Positions 62,774-64,000 of a stretch of 64,000 bases of DNA are shown in pieces. The stretch is from Alphaproteobacteria bacterium (GTDB taxonomy: Bacteria; Pseudomonadota; Alphaproteobacteria; UBA2966). The notes under the pieces were generated by a model. That model saw only the letters and a program-made list of their open reading frames with translations, had not been told where the DNA came from and did not search any database. The stretch is taken from contig OZ219856.1 in assembly GCA_964291395.2 (NCBI GenBank), positions 1,184,001 to 1,248,000 on the forward strand, in the 5' to 3' direction. The position numbers were made by a program, and so were the translations under genes. Position 1 is the first letter of the stretch. Every line of letters begins with the position of its first letter.

Positions 62774-64000
62774 TCACCAGCGTCGTTCGAATCTCTTTCT
62801 CAGGTAGATGGCTGCGGCGTTCATCAACACGAGGAAAACCAGCAGAACCACGATCGCCGCGGACAGCCGTTCGACGAAGGCCCGCTCGGGGCTGTCGGCC
62901 CACAGGAACACCTGCACCGGCAGCACGGTTGCGGGATCGAAGGGTCCCTTGGGAATGTCCACGATGAATGCGACCATCCCTATCATCAGCAGCGGCGCCG
63001 TCTCGCCAAGCGCCCGGGCCATGCCGATGATCGTCCCCGAGAGAATTCCGGGCATCGCCAGCGGGAGCACGTGATGGAACGTCGCCTGCATGCGTGATGC
63101 TCCGATACCGAGAGCCGCTTCCCGGATCGATGGCGGCACGGCGCCCAGAGCCGCGCGTCCCGCGATGATGATGGTAGGCAGCGTCATCAGAGCCAGGACA
63201 ACGCCGCCGACCACGGGTGCGGAACGCGGCAGGTGCAGGACATTGAGGAATACTGCCAGACCCAGAAGCCCGAACACGATCGAAGGGACAGCCGCGAGAT
63301 TGTTGATGTTCACCTCGACGAGATCCGTCCAGCGGTTCTTCGGCGCGAACTCCTGCATGTATACCGCAGTAGCGACGCCCAGCGGAAAGGCGAGGATCAG
63401 CGTCACCGCCATCGTGAAGAAGGAACCCGCGACGGCTCCCAAGATGCCCGCGAGCTCCGGCTCGCGGGAGTCTCCAGCCGTGAAGAAGCGGGTGTTGAAC
63501 TTCTTTTCGACGGCCCCTTCCGCGATCAAGGCGTCGACCCAGGCAATTTGCTTGTCGTTGATGCGGCGGTCGGACTCGGGCACGTCGCGCGGAATGAACC
63601 CTTTAAGCAGCATGTCGACGTCATCGCTGGCTACCAGCCAGATTTCCCGGCCGGTGCCTACCAGTCCGGGATTCGAAATCGCCAGTTTCTGCAGGTCGAA
63701 GGCCGCGCCCGGGCTGACGATGGCGTACAGCGAACGTCTGTCGCGGCGGCCCTTGACGTCGGGGAAACGCTCTCGCAGCGCCGACTTGACGACTCCGCCG
63801 AAATCACCCGCCAGTATGACTTCCGGGTCCCCGGTGCCGTGCGGATCGATTCGTCCAGCGTCGAAGTCGACCTTCAGACGGATGTGGGTCTGGACCAACG
63901 CCGTGTAGGCGTTGGAGGCAATGGTCGTAAATAGAAGCAGCAGGAAAGCGATCGAGAGCGCGATCGCGACGACCCCATAGGCACGGAACCGCCGCTCCGC
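62774..64000 (-). CDS. pstA: Phosphate ABC transporter permease (5'-truncated by window edge)
   Basis: Frame open to the window end; NINNLAAVPSIVFG, REAALGIGAS, ARALGETAP. Confidence 0.94.
   Translation of the reverse strand, partial: AERRFRAYGVVAIALSIAFLLLLFTTIASNAYTALVQTHIRLKVDFDAGRIDPHGTGDPEVILAGDFGGVVKSALRERFPDVKGRRDRRSLYAIVSPGAAFDLQKLAISNPGLVGTGREIWLVASDDVDMLLKGFIPRDVPESDRRINDKQIAWVDALIAEGAVEKKFNTRFFTAGDSREPELAGILGAVAGSFFTMAVTLILAFPLGVATAVYMQEFAPKNRWTDLVEVNINNLAAVPSIVFGLLGLAVFLNVLHLPRSAPVVGGVVLALMTLPTIIIAGRAALGAVPPSIREAALGIGASRMQATFHHVLPLAMPGILSGTIIGMARALGETAPLLMIGMVAFIVDIPKGPFDPATVLPVQVFLWADSPERAFVERLSAAIVVLLVFLVLMNAAAIYLRKRFERRW

Noticed and set aside
1-64000. CRISPR array, tRNA/rRNA, integrase or transposase
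   Set aside because: No regularly spaced repeats, RNA gene signatures or recombinase motifs found by eye; short RNAs could have been missed.

Overview
GC-rich chromosomal window from an alphaproteobacterium; gene order and protein types suggest a Rhodospirillales-like organism (inference). Most of it is conserved backbone: rsmA-pdxA-surA-lptD-lptG-lptF / pepA-holC-ndk / purN-purM / DUF2066-pgsA-like-AI-2E-hdaA / ppk-ppx / rnd / aspS / nrdJ / NDUFA12-DUF2155 / aat-accC-accB-aroQ / thiS-thiG / dsbA-M48 / GGT-aminotransferase / rne / amiC-PBP1A-prfB / phoB-phoU-pstB-pstA. Accessory inserts interrupt it: (1) a DUF1116 (YlbE/AllG-like) gene with three tandem amidases, a GSU2403-type nucleotidyltransferase preceded by a palindrome, and an eroded amidase relic; (2) a GcvT-GcvH fusion whose H domain has Arg at the lipoyl-Lys position, next to a TauX-like NTF2 protein; (3) a single-Cache gene bracketed by 50-bp inverted repeats; (4) a higBA module whose antitoxin carries a 23-bp insertion; (5) an amidohydrolase lacking the usual metal ligands. 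Non-coding signals include a candidate anti-Shine-Dalgarno sRNA after nrdJ, four phased NrdR-like boxes and the programmed prfB frameshift. Single-base frameshifts in rsmA, lptD and other genes point to indel-type sequencing errors, so gene breaks and fusions need read-level confirmation. No rRNA, tRNA, CRISPR array or transposase was recognised. All calls come from reading the sequence; no searches were run.
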